Source: Lama guanicoe
Lineage: Eukaryota
Assembly (NCBI GenBank): GCA_013239625.1
Contig: MU053557.1
Location: 3,130,123-3,194,122 of the forward strand
Direction: 5' to 3'
DNA length: 64,000 nt
The notes under the pieces were generated by a model. That model did not search any database, was not told the DNA's origin, and saw only the letters and a list, made by a program, of their open reading frames with translations. Shown piece after piece: positions 1-15,199 of the stretch. Position 1 is the stretch's first letter. Each line of letters begins with the position of its first letter. Both the position numbers and the translations under genes were made by a program.

Positions 1-299
1 AATGGCTCAGGGCGCATAATGGCAACATTCACTGAGCTCTTCCTGTGGGCCAAGCACTGCTCTGAGTACACGTGTTACATTGTTTAAGCTAAAGGCCCTT
101 CTGTGAGGCAGGTCAGAGTCTAATTCTCATCACTCCGCTGTGCTGCCTCTCTGCCTCCTGTCAATTAGCATGTCTCAGCCAGAACCCAAACCGCTTCTCT
201 CTGACACCAGAGCCCGGGTCTTGACAACGGACACTACTTATTTTTCCAGGCCCACATATTAACTATCATTTTGAATGATCACATGCTCCCAAGTTAGAA

Positions 300-1330
300 G
301 GCTGCATTAAAATCTATTGAACCAATTCTTGATTGTTGAATGTTAGGTTGTTTCTCACTTTGAAATATAAATAAATTTGAAATAAAAAATCCTGTTAGCA
401 GAAATGTGCACTGCAACTTGTTTCCTGTGATAAATCCTCAGTGGTCAAAGGGAATGTATACATTGATGCATTTCCCTCCTGCAAGTTTGCAAGGATTTTT
501 ACTCATTTGGTCTGGAAGTGTCTGAGGATGTCCACTTCCTTGCATTCTCACCAGGGCTGCACTGTCAATTATATCTCAATCTTCCCAAAAAGATAAGTGA
601 AGGTGGTACCTCATTACGACATGAAAATTGTATTTTTTCAGTTCTTTTGTAAATTGCCTGTTCCTGTTCTTTCCCCATTTTTCTATTGGGGTCTTCATAC
701 ACTTTTCCTATTTCTTATTGATTACATAAATAATTCTTGTCCTTTAGATATAAAGGATATTAAATTCTAATGTATCATATATGTTGTGTAAATATGATTT
801 CCTACTTTTTAGTTGATGTTGTTCTTTTTTTTGGCATTTTTGACATGAAGAACTATGTTCCTAACATCAAACCATTAGTCTTTTTACTTTATAGTTTCTA
901 CCTTTGATGCTACTCTTAGCAAGACCTTCTTACCTCCAGATTTTAGATATGTGACCTATATTCTTATTGTTACAGTTTAATTTTTCTTAATCCAGCTATT
1001 AATATTATCTTGACTGAAGATATGTGGTAAGGATCTGATTTCATTGTTGTTACAGTATCAAACAATTATTTTGCGACCATGTGTCAAGTAAGGTCCTTAA
1101 CATGCTGATTTGAAATATGTTCTTCATAAACCAAGTATTTTTATGAACTAGTATCTATATTATGTGGCTTTCCAATCTTAATTTATTATAGCTTTATAAT
1201 AGAGTTTAAAAAATGGAATGCAAGTCCTTTATTATTTTGAAGAAATCCTTTCTCATTCATACATTTTTATGGATGAAATTTAGAATCACTTTTGTAAATT
1301 CCAGGAATTATTTCCATTGTATTACATTTC
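300..1330 (-). mobile_element. Old, decayed L1 (L1M-type) fragment
   Basis: T-rich sequence with antisense L1 ORF2/3' phrases (ttgcattctcaccag, gtggtacctcatt, cccattttttctattggg). Boundaries approximate. Confidence 0.55.
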
Positions 1331-1399
1331 TCTATTAGTTTTTGGACCCTTTTTTTTTTATGTCCTGACCAGAGTCTACCGTCCAGTTGTTTTAAAATC

Positions 1400-2310
1400 T
1401 GAAAACCAAATGATGGAAATCTAAATAGCTAAGAAACATATTAAAATGTGGGCAAGCTTATCAGCAATCAGGAGAATGCTAATTTAAACACAAGAGATCA
1501 TTACGTCACTAGACTAGCAAGTCTAAAGGTTGGTTAATACCAAGTAGGGATAAGGAGGTGGAGCAAAACCAAGTCCCACGCATTGCTGGTCACAGTGTTA
1601 ATTGGTGCAACCACCTCAGTAAATCACTGGGCATTATCTAGTATGTATGGACATGCACAGCCCATCCCCTGTGTTCCCCCTCCCAGAAATGTACCCTACA
1701 GAGGTGTGGGCTAGAGAGGTCTTACACATGCAGAAATGTTCGTGAGAATGTGGTTCAAAATTCTCCAAACTGAAAATTACTTAAGTGGCTATTAACAGTG
1801 GGAAAAGTAGGTAAATTACAGTGTATTCCTGTAACTTTGAATGTGAACCAACGATGTACAGTGAGTTAGATAGATTTTTATACACATAATGCTGAACAAG
1901 AAAAGCAAGACACTAAAGAAAACAAGGAGTGAGATTTCACACACACATACCCATGTTATATACATAAATACATGTACATATATGTTACATACACATCTAT
2001 TATATATACAGACATACATAGATGTTACATATACATACATACATAATATATATGTAACCTAGTTACTAAAACAGGCAAAACTAAAGTATTGCTTAGAAAT
2101 GTATACATAGATAGCAAATCTATGTAGAAAGGCAAGGAGAAAATTACTAACATAAATTCAGGGTAGTGGTTACTTCTGTCATTGTCAATAGGACAGGTCA
2201 CTCACTGGTGGGGTCAAGATTCTATGTCATGACCTATGTAAGGTTACGTGGCCAATTGCTTATAACTGCTTGCTAAATTCTTCTTTTATGTTTTATTTAC
2301 TTTTCTGAAT
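1400..2310 (+). mobile_element. Old L1 3' region interrupted by a TA/CA-rich simple repeat (~1938-2055)
   Basis: Sense L1 phrases (cattgctggtcacagtgttaattggtgcaaccac, cataaattcagggtagtggttact). Boundaries approximate. Confidence 0.55.
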
Positions 2311-4011
2311 GTAGGTATAGAAATGCTTTCAAAACCAAACAAAATACTCAATGGCTTTTTTGAAGGCAACTCAGACCCTCTCCACTTCTATTTGTACCGT
2401 CTCAGGAGCAAAGGGTCCTCCTGCAGGGTTGATGGAAGCCCTCAGCGTCCCCCTGCTCTGGCTTTTCAGCTCTTTGGGAGCTCAAAGAATTGCCCATCTG
2501 TTACGCTTTTGTATGTTGCCATCATATTTTTTTCTTAATGTTCTTCAAAAATGTAGCTTGCACACCATGAATATTTGTTGAGTGAATGAATACATATTCA
2601 AGCATCTTCATGCTGGAATACAGAGTAAGTAGAAGAGGATTATACTCATATAAACTCCAAGGATGGTCCAAGACGAGAATACACAGCTTTTATAGGGTAA
2701 TGTTGATTCTGTTAGGTATTCTTTTAGCACTATGTCTATTTATCTCTCAAAGTTCTCTGCAGCTTCTCTGAGTTATCTGTCATCTGTCCCCTGGAGAGAC
2801 GATGTAAGATGACTTAGTGTGAGATCCTGATAAGGGAAAGCAGAAGTAGAGTCCACGCCGTCCAGCCTGTGGGCGTACCATGGGGTCAGGGCCGTTACCT
2901 CACAAACTGCATGGGGAGTTGTGACTTGTAGGAAGAGTGTAGTGATGCAGAAAGGTGAATTCACCAGGAACGAAGCCTACTCAGTTCTGCTACAGCGGGC
3001 TTTGACAGCCAGGGTCAGTCCTAGGCATTGAGATGTCAACATTCTACCTCTCTAATTGGAAATTTCCCACAGGATTTTGCTTAGAAATCGAGCGCTCTGG
3101 GCAGGGCAAACCTGTAGACAGGTGCCACAACACACCAATTTCCTTTGTCTAGAGCCATCACCTTACTGTCAGGGTCTTGGGTCAAGTGTGCAGCTTTTGG
3201 CTAAGTCAAATTCTCATTATTAAGGATGTTCGCCTTTCTAGAAGAATGCCTCATTTTTTGAGTTCTTTCTGGGGGCCAGGTAGTGTGCTGAGACGTTGGC
3301 ATGCGTTTTCTCATTGAATTTCTCACCTCGGTAAAGATCACTTTCTTCTTATTCTGATTTTGCTGATGGAGATTCTCCAGCTCAGCCCACTGACTTATTT
3401 AAGGTCACAATAAGTGGTGAAGGCAGGTTTCAAACCCAGACAGCCTGGTTTCAGAGCTAAGGTTTGCAACCAGTGCTTGATTGATTCAGTATTGTCTGTT
3501 CATTCTAGTCAATTCAAAGACTAGGGTACAAGGTGTACAAGTGCCACCGCTCATGTGACACCTTCTCCCTGTGGGAGCTCCCGCTCCTCCACTCCCCTCC
3601 CGCACCCCCCCTTGCAGGCTGCAAATGCTGCCCTCGCCTCTTACTGATGACTCTGAGTTGGAAAGCCAGTGCCGTGTAGTTTGAGACAAATTCTGCACAC
3701 CGTTCGCAGCAGTAACACAACTTAATATCCTTACCACAACCCTTCCCAATCAAGACAACCAATAACTCTTCTCAGCTTTCTTGCTTTCAGCGTCAGCCAC
3801 CCCTTTGAGGCCTGATGGGATCCAGCTTTTTAACAGGGGCATGGTCTGAGTAAGAGAAGAATTCGCCCACGAAGTCCTGCGCCTGCCTGCGCCTGTGTGC
3901 TGGTCGATGAATGAGAGAGATTAGAAAATTGAGGAATTTGGGACTGCAGTGAGCAATCTAGCAATGGATGACAAACACTCATGAAAGTGTTTATACCCTT
4001 TACCTGGGTAG

Positions 4012-4200
<189 letters not shown>

Positions 4201-4899
4201 TAGTTACACTTCTCTTTGGTTACTTTTCCAGCAAGTTCCATTTTTAGAATGAAAATGGATTTTTTTTGGCTAAAAATCAAGTAGTTTGTGAGGGGAAAGC
4301 AGCAATGCCCAGTGATGCTAGTAACCACCTTTGGGATTTCTGCACATATGAATTCACCCTCCTACATGTGGGACCAAACATGTGAGTTGATATTAAACTA
4401 TGCAGATAAAATTAAATGAACAATAGGGATATTATTAACTCCCAGAGAGGGGAAATCAATACACCTCACTCCCCCATATCCTGTATAAATATATTTGTTT
4501 GTTTAAAGAAAATCATTTTGCAGTCACAGTACAGGACTCTAACTCAGACACACTTCCCCAAGGCGAGTGTGAATTATTAACACAACACAATTCATGCCCT
4601 GTCTTTTTGGATTCCTGTCTTTCATTTGGCTCTTGGATTCTGGGTTCAGCGGCAAGTAAGAGTAGTTTCCTTTTAAAAGAAACACTTCTTAAACTAAGAA
4701 AATGCCTGGGAAGAATTTTGGAAGGAAATTTTTTTTTCTCCCTCCCATATCATTGGACCCCATGGTAGTTCCCTGGGATTTGATGTAACTGACAACGTGT
4801 TAACTTTGTCAGATTCATTTTTCTTTTCTTCTTTTGCTTAGGAAAGGTAAAGAAAAGTTACTCTTAGGTTGCTGAATTTATACATGCATTCATCAATTC

Positions 4900-5445
4900 A
4901 GCATTATCAACTCCCATGACTGTGTTCTACTTAGATCCTCAGACCTTCTTTATCTCAGACCTGAAAGTTTGTGCCCTGTTACCAATGTGTTTGCATTTCC
5001 CCCAGCTCCAATCCCCGGCAACCACTTTTCTATTCTCTGCTTCTTTGAGTTTCACTTTTTTTAAGGTTCCATATAGAAGTGGTACCATGCAGTATTTGTC
5101 TTCCCTGTGTCTGACTTATTTCACTTCACATATTGGCCTCAGGGTCATTCATCTTGTTGCAAATGGCAGGATTTCCTTTTTTTCTTATGGCTGAATAATA
5201 TTCCATTGTTCATATAAATTATATGTTACATGTTATATATAATATTCCATTATTCACTTACAATATATCCATATAATATTATGTATAAATGTACATGTCA
5301 TATATAATACGTAAGCATGTACTATATAAGTGTATATGTATATATGTGTGTCTTCTTTGCCCAGTCATCTGTTGATGGACATTTAGGTCGTTTCTGTGTC
5401 TTGGCTTGTTGTAAATAGTGCTGCAGTGAACATGGAAGGGCACAT
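4900..5445 (-). mobile_element. L1 3' end fragment with internal AT-rich microsatellite (~5210-5345)
   Basis: Antisense L1 3' text (tgacttatttcacttc, gttgcaaatggcaggatttcctttt, gatggacatttaggt). Confidence 0.8.
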
Positions 5446-6160
5446 TCTTTTTTGTAGACCACAGATCTAACTTTTCATGTTTAAAAAATGCTTCGCTCCC
5501 CAGTGCCTCACATATTCTCACACACACTCCTCAGATACCTTAGCTTGGCATTCTTTGACTTTTAGAACCAGGTTCACTTTTCAGATTTTGCTTCAGTCTG
5601 AATGACCTTGACTCCTGACAAGCTCATTTCAGCCTCTCTCACTTGCTTCTCTCTCAAGGCATCCCAAGGGGCTTCTCTCCTCTTGTTCCTCTGCCTATAA
5701 AGGTATTTCCAGATAAACCCTGGTCTTTTATTTTTTTTTTTGAATCATTCTTTGAATAAGTTTGGAAATTGCTCCGTTGAGTTTGAATAAAGTTAAGGAT
5801 GTGTCTTGATTGTAGAGCTTTGCGGAAGCCTTCTGTCTAATGGATACTGATCATTTCTAAGGAAGAAACAGACTTTTAGATGACCCCAAGTTTCTTTTGC
5901 AGGAAGGGCCTTTCTCAGACTCAAACCCTCCCTGTTCTTTATGGCATTGGATAACACAGCACCTTCTCTAAAGAGACTTTCTCTGCTCTCTCTTGGCTAA
6001 AGTGACCTGTATCTCTTCCAAATATTTATGTACTTTCACTCTCTTAAGACCTTTCCTTATTTAACATTATTGGGAAATATAGAAAAGCATGGAAATGAAG
6101 GTCAACATCAACCATATCCTCTAAAGCAAAGAAAATTTTCAATTAAGAAATTAAACCCCA

Positions 6161-6315
6161 GGGGAGGATATAGCTCAAGTGGTAGAGTGCATGCTTAGCA
6201 TGTGTGAGGTCCTGGGTTCAATCCCCAGTACCTCCATTAAAAAAAATTATTAATAAGTAGACCTTGCTACCTCCCCCTGCAAATAAAAACAAACAAACCT
6301 GTGTTTAAAAAAAAA
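6161..6315 (+). mobile_element. tRNA-Ala-derived SINE (camelid vic-1-like), full length
   Basis: Head ggggaggatatagctcaagtggtagag...ggttcaatcccc with Pol III A/B boxes, A-rich tail, and a perfect 14-bp TSD aagaaattaaaccc at 6145-6158 and 6316-6329. Confidence 0.9.
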
Positions 6316-8495
6316 AAGAAATTAAACCCTCCTTTGATCTTCCAGTCTCATCATTCCAGAATGAACAGCTTGCTGTATTCACTTCTGAACCTCTTCTGTT
6401 TTATGAGAATAATCTATTTTCACATACACGCACATATATAGTATTATTGTTGTTGTTTTAGAAAAAAATAGACGTGTGCTTTACCTTTCTGTTGTGATTT
6501 CTTTTTCGCTTAAGATAAAATGTAGAACTTTCTACATCGAATACCTAAATCTATTTTATTTTTTAGGATTAAATCCATTTCGCAAATGTATTACCCTTGT
6601 AAATTCTTCCAGGTATATCAATTTTTAAGTTTTTCTCTCCTTTGTATTACTAGACTGTGCATTTATTAAAGGTGAAGCAAGTGTTTTATATAGTTGACTA
6701 TCAGCCACAGTATTTAACTTTAAATGGGTACCTAACAGATACAGGTTTAAAGTATGGAGGAGCAAGTCACTGCAAATCAATTCTGACACATTCCAGCAAC
6801 AACTCACCAGCGAGGCTGCACATAATTATGTTTCAAAATATAGCCAGTCAGAAGAAATGAAATGCAGGTATTTAGTTACAACCATCAGCACAACTAAACT
6901 ACAGAAGAAGGGTGCTAAACAGTAATTGCCTCCACATTTACAAATTGTTAATTTACGGAAAAATGTATGCTTCCAAGGGAAATGTGCCTGGAACATCCCT
7001 GTGGTCTCTGAGCTTGGCCGTGGTCTTGATGAATGGGTCCCTTAGCCCTGACACTGCTGTCATCCCTCTTGTCCCAGCACTCATCGCCACTGTAAAGGCA
7101 AGGTCCACATCGTCTCTAGTTCTGTATTATCCATATTAGCTTCTGATAGGTACATGTCGTTTTGCACTAATTGTACACCTTTAGGTGCAACTCTTTTGCT
7201 TCTGTACCCCTGAAATAAGGCTGTTACCACAACACCTCACTTTGTCCTGGCTAACATTTTACTTTTTCCACCTTGTTTATTCTTTATATTCTCATTCTTC
7301 ATGTATACACTGCCCTAGAATTATTTGATATATCCTGTCACTGCACACTGTGGTTTTTCTTTATAGCATGTAGTCCATGCGTGCGTGTGTGTGTCCGTGT
7401 CCAGTCTCTGTAACTATTCACGGTCTCACTGAGTGAACTATAGGTGCTACCAGTGTAGAAGCTCCATCTCTCTTATCGTCATTGCATCCTCAGTGCCAAG
7501 CAGAGGTACTGGACCGTCGCAGGCATTCCATAAATATTCAGTAAATGAACAAATATACAGTTGTGGTTGTAGATGACTTAACATAGATTTTAAATTTTAG
7601 AACTAGAAAAATAAGTTATTGCACAGGACAAAGGCAATTTGACTATTTTTTAGCAAGTTGACAGACCATGAGGATTTAAAATGTATATTTAAATTCAGTC
7701 ATATGGCCTTCTAAAGTAAATGAAAAAAAATACAACATGCTGAAGCCATTTGCTTGTGGCATTCATTAGTTCATTTAGTGGTTTATCAAAGCATTTTGTG
7801 TTTTTAGATGTCTCAGAGGCAGGTTTAGAAACATCTGGGAATTAAAGAAGTAAATTTGAAAAAAAGAAAAAAAATGTGTGCCCTCGCCTATAACCTCAGA
7901 AGCTTGAGTGTGCCAGACCGGCCCCAGCTCTTAATGGTAAACACGCAGTGAACCACACGTGGTGACCCACGGCGCCCTTCAGCCAGCTAACAGTCAGTAA
8001 CACTGCGGATGCTGACAGTGCACCTAGGACGCCGAGTTATGAGGGTTACTTCTCCTGTATCGTTACTGAGACAAATGAATTAACTATGGTCCTTCGTTCG
8101 GTCTTGTAGGAAGTAAATATATGGTGAGTGATTTTAGACCTTGCATAAAATAATGAAATTTGGCCAGTCTCCTTTTTCGGGAGTCAGCCTCTCGCACTTC
8201 CTGGTTCCCTGAGCAGCTGCTGCCGCCATACTATGTGCAGAGTTAAGCCTTCCTTCACATCAGCCTGACTCATGACTCATCTTGCTGTTCACTATTTACA
8301 TTTATATCCACCATCATTTTTACCCTTCTGTCAATAATGATAAAAATCTCTCCAGTATATTAGCCACTCTACTGAGAATTGTACATGTATTGTGTCATTA
8401 ATTTTCCCAATAATCTCCTAAGGCAGTTTATTTTTACAGATGAAGTAGCTTCATCTTACAGATGGAGGAACTGAAACTCACACTGAGTGACCCAG

Positions 8496-8905
8496 CATTC
8501 TAAGTGAAGAAATACCAGAAAGAAAAATATCATATGATATCACTTATATGTGGAATCTAAAAAAAGAAGACACTCATGAACTCATCTACAAAACAGAAAC
8601 AGACCCACAGACATAGTAAACTTATGGTTACCAGGGGGAAAGGAAGTGGGAAGAGATAAATTGAGAGTTTGAGATTTTCAGATACTAACTACTATATATA
8701 AATTAAATAAACACCAAATTTCTACTGTATAGCATAGGGAACTATATTCAATATCTTGTTAGTAACTTATAATGAAAAATAATATATGTACATATATGTA
8801 TGACTGAAACATTATGCTGTACATCAAAAACTGACACAACATTGTAAACTGACTATATTTCAATGAAAAAAGAAAATAAAATGATAACAAACAAAAAACC
8901 AAATG
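8496..8905 (+). mobile_element. 5'-truncated L1 3' end inserted into a MIR
   Basis: atcacttatatgtggaatctaaaa...tatagcatagggaactatattcaatatctt, A-rich tail. TSD-like gagtgacccag/gagtggcccag at 8485-8495 and 8906-8916. Confidence 0.85.
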
Positions 8906-10027
8906 GAGTGGCCCAGGTTAGCACTCAGTCTTTTGCCTCCAGAGCTCAAACACTTAATTACATTATATCACCTTTTAATACTGATTTACAACAAGGGAAA
9001 AAATGTAACTCCTCCATTTCTTCCAATTTAGTTCATGGGTCCACAATCATTTATTAAATATCTTGAAAGAACCAGGCTCTTGATAAATGCTCATATCCAT
9101 GTTAACTGTCTTATTGTTGGTTAATCTAATATTAAAATTTTGTTCATTCAACAAACACGTAATGAGAGCTTACTGGGTGCTAGGTCCCACAGGCAAAAAT
9201 GTATGGAATAATCTGTGGCACTGTGTTCACAGTTCATATACAGAGAGCCAATCCCAATGCGAGTACTTTAGGAAAATACAAATTAACATAGGTAAAGGCT
9301 GCCCTCTAGTGGATGTCTGTGAAAACTATAACAAAGCCACCAGTTTGTTTTTTGCTTTTTCTCCAAAATTAAAAGAAGAACCTGGTTCTCTCAGAAATAA
9401 AAATACTTTTGCCTCATCATAAAATTCTCCACCCTACTCCATAGAACTGAGAATTTATAGCATTTTGGATTGGGTTTAAAGTTTTCTGGGTACCCTTCGA
9501 TCCCGAACTTAGTAAAAAAGTGTATATGGTAAAACTCTGGATCTGTTTATAAACAACAGTTAAATAACACTTTTTAAAAAGTTCCATTTACTGAGCATTA
9601 ATCCAATATTTTATATGAATACTTATATAAGTTACCTTACAAAAAAGTTCCAAATTGGCATCTCAGGGTGGATTTAGCCCACAGGAATGCTTCCTTTGAC
9701 CCAGAGGAATTACCAACTTTTAAAATTCTGAGATTTCACAAGAAACTATAGATCTCTGGTACCCTTTTTATAAAGTAGGAAGTCTGGAAACAGTGGACCG
9801 CATTCGCATATGGCAACACAAATACCACAATCAACTGAAAGGAATTTGAAAATATTGACAATCCATCAATACAAGCTCATAGATAACAAGAACAGATTGG
9901 TGGTTGCCAGAAACGGGGTGAGGGGTGGGATGGGAGGTGGGACGAATGGCTGAACTGTTTTTGTTTAAATAAATTGAATAGTTCTTTGAGAAAAAAATGA
10001 AAATGATATTGAGATTTTACTGGTTGA

Positions 10028-10315
<288 letters not shown>

Positions 10316-10389
10316 TAAGGTGCAATATTGGAAGCCGTCATGATAATATACGTGTCCAGAGTGGGCTGTGCCGCTAACAGCTTTCAAAC

Positions 10390-11575
10390 GCATGACTTCA
10401 TTAAAGCAACGCCTGTGTCCTTTTGTAAGTCCCAAAGACATCTCAAACTCCACGTGCCCAAAATGGAATTCTTGAACTCTCTGTATTTCCTGGACTTTCT
10501 CCAGTGTTCCCTCTCTCGGTGACTGACCTCTCCATCCACTCACTTACACAAGCCAGAGCCAGAAACCATTCCTCACCACCACGTTCATAGCTGACCTTTT
10601 AAATATCTTTTGACATTGTCACTTCTCTCCATCTCCACTGCTGCTGTCCCAGTCCTCCTGCATTCAAGTCTTGCCTTATAACTGGTTTGCCCCTGCACAC
10701 TTTTACACACTCCATAAGCACAGGGATCTGTTCAAAGCAAAGTTCATTGTCTTTGTGTTGTTCTTAGAATACAGATCAAAATAATTTATATAGTATAAAA
10801 GTTCTAACTACCTGTCAAGTCTTATTTTGGACTTTTGTCCCCCCTTTGACTATAAATAAACTGCTTTGCCCTATTTTTCCTCTTCTCTTCCCCCTCCCCA
10901 ACCCCACCTTCATTCATCAGTCTCTCACCACAGGGCCTTCGCACATGCTGGTCTCGCTGCCTCAAACAGTGCTCCCATTCCCCAGCTCTTCCAGCTCTTC
11001 CAACTCCCTCCCTTAGATCAGTACTATTCAGTGTGATTTACTGACTGGTTCAGGTCCACAAACTACTTCCCAGAGCTCCATGGCCAGAAGAGGAATTGAG
11101 AGAAGCATAGAAAACTTCTATAGAATTTGATGCTGCTGAGACCTCAAAGCACATCTCCTTGAACAGGGTACAAGCCTATATAGGTTGATGTCAAACCCCA
11201 AAAACAAGTTGCACACAGCGTGGAGTTCCAGACTAGCTATGCACAGTAAGACCATGTATTAGTTTCAGTGGGTTGGAAATCAAAACAAAGAGAAATAACT
11301 AGTCCTTCTGCATAGTTTGAGAAACACAGTTTTAGATCTCAGCTCAAATATCACATCCCCGGGGAGCCTCCCTCTCTCGTTAGCCCATGTAGCACAATCT
11401 TCATCGTATTTTTCAGTTTGAACTTCTATATTGCACGTGTGTGGTTCTTGGGCTAATGACCGTTGTTCTCTAAGCTGCGCAGGGGAGGGCCCACGTCTGA
11501 CTTGTTCACCAAGGTATCCTCAGCATCCAGCCCAGAGCCTGACAGGTGGTAGCATTTGATATTTGAATTAACGAG
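10390..11575 (+). mobile_element. L2 fragment split by a hAT DNA transposon
   Basis: L2 phrases (catctcaaactccacgtgcccaaaatggaattc, cagggccttcgcacatgctg, ttgttcaccaaggtatcc). Boundaries approximate. Confidence 0.6.
11019..11329. mobile_element. Non-autonomous hAT-Charlie-type DNA transposon (MER class)
   Basis: Ends cagtactattc...tttgagaaacacag. 8-bp TSD-like ccttagat/ttttagat with central TA. Confidence 0.55.
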
Positions 11576-12490
11576 GTCCAGCATTTCCAACAAATTTTCA
11601 AGTTTCAACAGAATGATTAAGGACAATGGTAGCAAGAGCTCAGTCATGTGTATTGAATGATTATGTGAAAGAAAGAATAAGGAGCCCAAGAAGATGGGCG
11701 TGGCTTTTTTCTGAAGAGAGAAAATCTGCACAGGTTGTTGTCGGTCAAAGAAAAACGCTTTGGGGGCTAAGGATTCAAAGCCTGTGTCCCTTGTCTGTGG
11801 GTCAAGTGTCCTGTTTTGGAATAGAGGTATCGCCATTGGTGATATCAAGGATAAAGAATAGGGGGTCATTTTCCATAAGCAAATTTTCCTTAGTTCCAAC
11901 ACAACCCTCTTCCCCCAAGAGTATATACCCTGATGACCCACAGTTGTCACCCCTATGCCCATTCTCAAATGGAACTAGTATTTCCCACTTGAGTGATATA
12001 TCCTATTGGTCTGGGCTGTGGGGTGGTTAAGGGGGAAAAAAAATTAATCCTAGTTCCTAAAACCCAGAAATAGAGCAATAACCTTAGTTACATCTTATCC
12101 GTGTCAACCCCAGTATATTTTGATTAGCTGTAAAAACAGCTACAATTTTTAGTGTGAAATGAATTTCATTTGTAAAAACGAATGTACATTTTCCACCTAA
12201 TAACAACAGACCTCTTCATCACTTTATGGACATGGCCTCATTTAGTCCTAGCCAAGCCTTGTGAAATAGAGGACAGACCTGCCCATGATTAGTAAGTAGA
12301 GGAATCAGGAAACAAAGGCAGGTTGGACTCAGTAGGACAAGCTGTTTTCATTCACCACGTTGCAAAACCCAACTTACAGTTCATTCTGGCCACTTGTCAT
12401 CTGTGTAACTTGTTTATGCAGCTGGGGAAGGAGAATGCTGCCTTATATCCTCCAATCCTACACTTGAAAATATCTGTAGGGAGTCTGTAA

Positions 12491-12691
<201 letters not shown>

Positions 12692-13559
12692 TAAGAAATC
12701 CATAGTAGCTCGCATCCAACGCATATTACTCTGTTTGCAGATATACACGTGGTCTCGTTAGATAAGGACGCAGGTGTTGTAAGACTGCCCGGATTCCCAT
12801 TTTACAGGTGAGGAAACTGAGGCACACACAGGGTAAACTGGCCACCAAACGTCACCCAGCTATCAAGTGGCCGAGCTGGGATTCTAGTGTAGGGCTGTGT
12901 TGGGAGTTCTGGCTCCGTACACCTTTTGCGGCTTACTTTCATTGGAAAGAAGCCCTAATTCTACAAATAATCATTTCCAGAAATCTGTTAATTACAAAAA
13001 AAGTTTTCTCTGATTCCCAAGATGCAGAAATTGGTATCCATGGAGTCCTGGGAGTATCCAAGGACTGGATGCTGTTGGGATTGGGGTGAGGTATTTATTT
13101 CTACCATTCATCCCTCTACCTCTGGTAGGTCTATGCCAGGAACTATATTCACTATGACTAATAGCCAAAGGGAAGTAATTCCCACTGGAGGTACTTGGCC
13201 AAGAAACATCAGTGGCTTCCCGCAGCCCGCTGGTAAAACCAGATCCAGAAGTTCCCTCCTTGGGGCCCAGTGAGACCTCTAGCTCCTCTCTCCCTACAGC
13301 CTGATTCCACGCGTCCAGTTGTAGGAAGACTGGCAGAATGATGAGCTCTTAGACAATTCAGTTTTCTGTTCTTAAGCCCAAGCCAGGAGTCTGCTGTGGG
13401 TGTGATCCTTCACGTGCCAAGAGCAGAGGGAGATGCTGTGACAGGTGGAGAGAAGGCAGTGGGGAGGAATTAGGGGTGAGCATGTGGCACAGCGGTGGGG
13501 GGACTTACCTGGCCACTCTGCAATGAGCCATCCATCAGTGCAGCCTCAAGAGGCCTTTT

Positions 13560-13740
13560 CTGTGTGATTCTGACTTACTTGTGAATCTGAATTATCTGGG
13601 GAGCATATTAAACATGCAGTCTCCTGGCCCTGGTGTTCGGAAGCACTGATTCTGGAGGTCTGGTTGGGGAACTGGGAATTTGGGCAAACAACTCGGGAGA
13701 TTCTGATCCACCGTTGAACCCACTTGGAGAAACATGGCCC
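13560..13740. mobile_element. MER5-like hAT MITE
   Basis: gaattatctggggagcatattaaacatgcag...ctgattctggaggtctgg...gattctgat...ttggagaaacatgg pattern. Confidence 0.55.
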
Positions 13741-13849
13741 CAAAGTTCAAACTTTAGAAAAGTAATTATAACTTGATCTTCTTTCTAACTCACGAAGGGC
13801 TCCTTGAGAGTTCAGAAAAATAAACAGATTACAAAATCAAAGAACATGA

Positions 13850-14236
<387 letters not shown>

Positions 14237-15199
14237 TGATTTTGCTGCTTTGGGAATCTGAGGAGGGGTTGGACACCCCCGCTTCTGAAAGGGCAGCTCT
14301 GTGGGCCTCCAGCAACATTGCAAGCCTGAACCTTCCCCCCCCAGATCTCTGCCATTAACTTGATTCACTTGTTGTCCTCTCCCTTTAAAATTTGCCGTCT
14401 CCTAGGAGAGATTCTAATTGGCCAAGCCTGGGCCAGGTGACCACCCCTAGAAGGGCAGGCAGTGGGCGGGTCCCAGAGTACAAGGCAGGGGTGTTTTGGG
14501 CCCCCGCCCATCAAGGAGTCACGGGGAGCAGCCAGCCCTAGAGGGAGTGTCTGGTCTTTGCCAGAAGCAAAATCTTGTGCTATCTATTCACAGAAAACAC
14601 AGAATTCCATGTGGTTGAGCACTACTGCTGGATCTCAGGCTGATTCAAATTAATTTTGTAACTGACAGTATTATTCTCTATCAGTTAAAGATCTCAGATT
14701 TTAGTATAGTAGCTCGCAGGGACTCAGCAGGATTTTACACATGTGGTTCTATGTATTATAATGATGGTGAAGGAATAAATATCCACTTGGCTGCTAATGG
14801 TCATCCATTAATCCACATCATCATCCACCCACCCACCTCCGTACCCACTCAACGAACGGTCATCTATCCCTCCCTCCCTCCATACATTTATTTAGGCTAC
14901 TTTGATTGAATCCCTGTTATCTGCCACATTGTGTGCTCAACGCTGAAAATAGATAAATTTGCGATGTAATTCCTGCATTCAGTGACATCTCTGTTCTGGA
15001 AGAACGCATACTCTTGTGATGAAAATAGCTGTGCAAACAAATGCGTATCTTCACTGTCCCCGGTTTCCCTAGTCCTCAGGGGCCACTGTGCCCTTTAATG
15101 GTCGAGTAACCAATGTCCACATCCTGCTTGTCCACAGAACTGGCCTCTTGACAGATTCCCACCCATAAGTGTTTCCTAGGGCCCTCCGAGGAATGCTTA

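Noticed and set aside
6161..6236. Apparent tRNA-Ala gene (also 60412-60491)
   Set aside because: Has a SINE body, A-rich tail and TSD, so it is a retroposed SINE head and not a tRNA gene.
11453..12030. 171-aa (-) and 134-aa (+) intronic ORFs
   Set aside because: Partly L2-derived, no domain or splice support.
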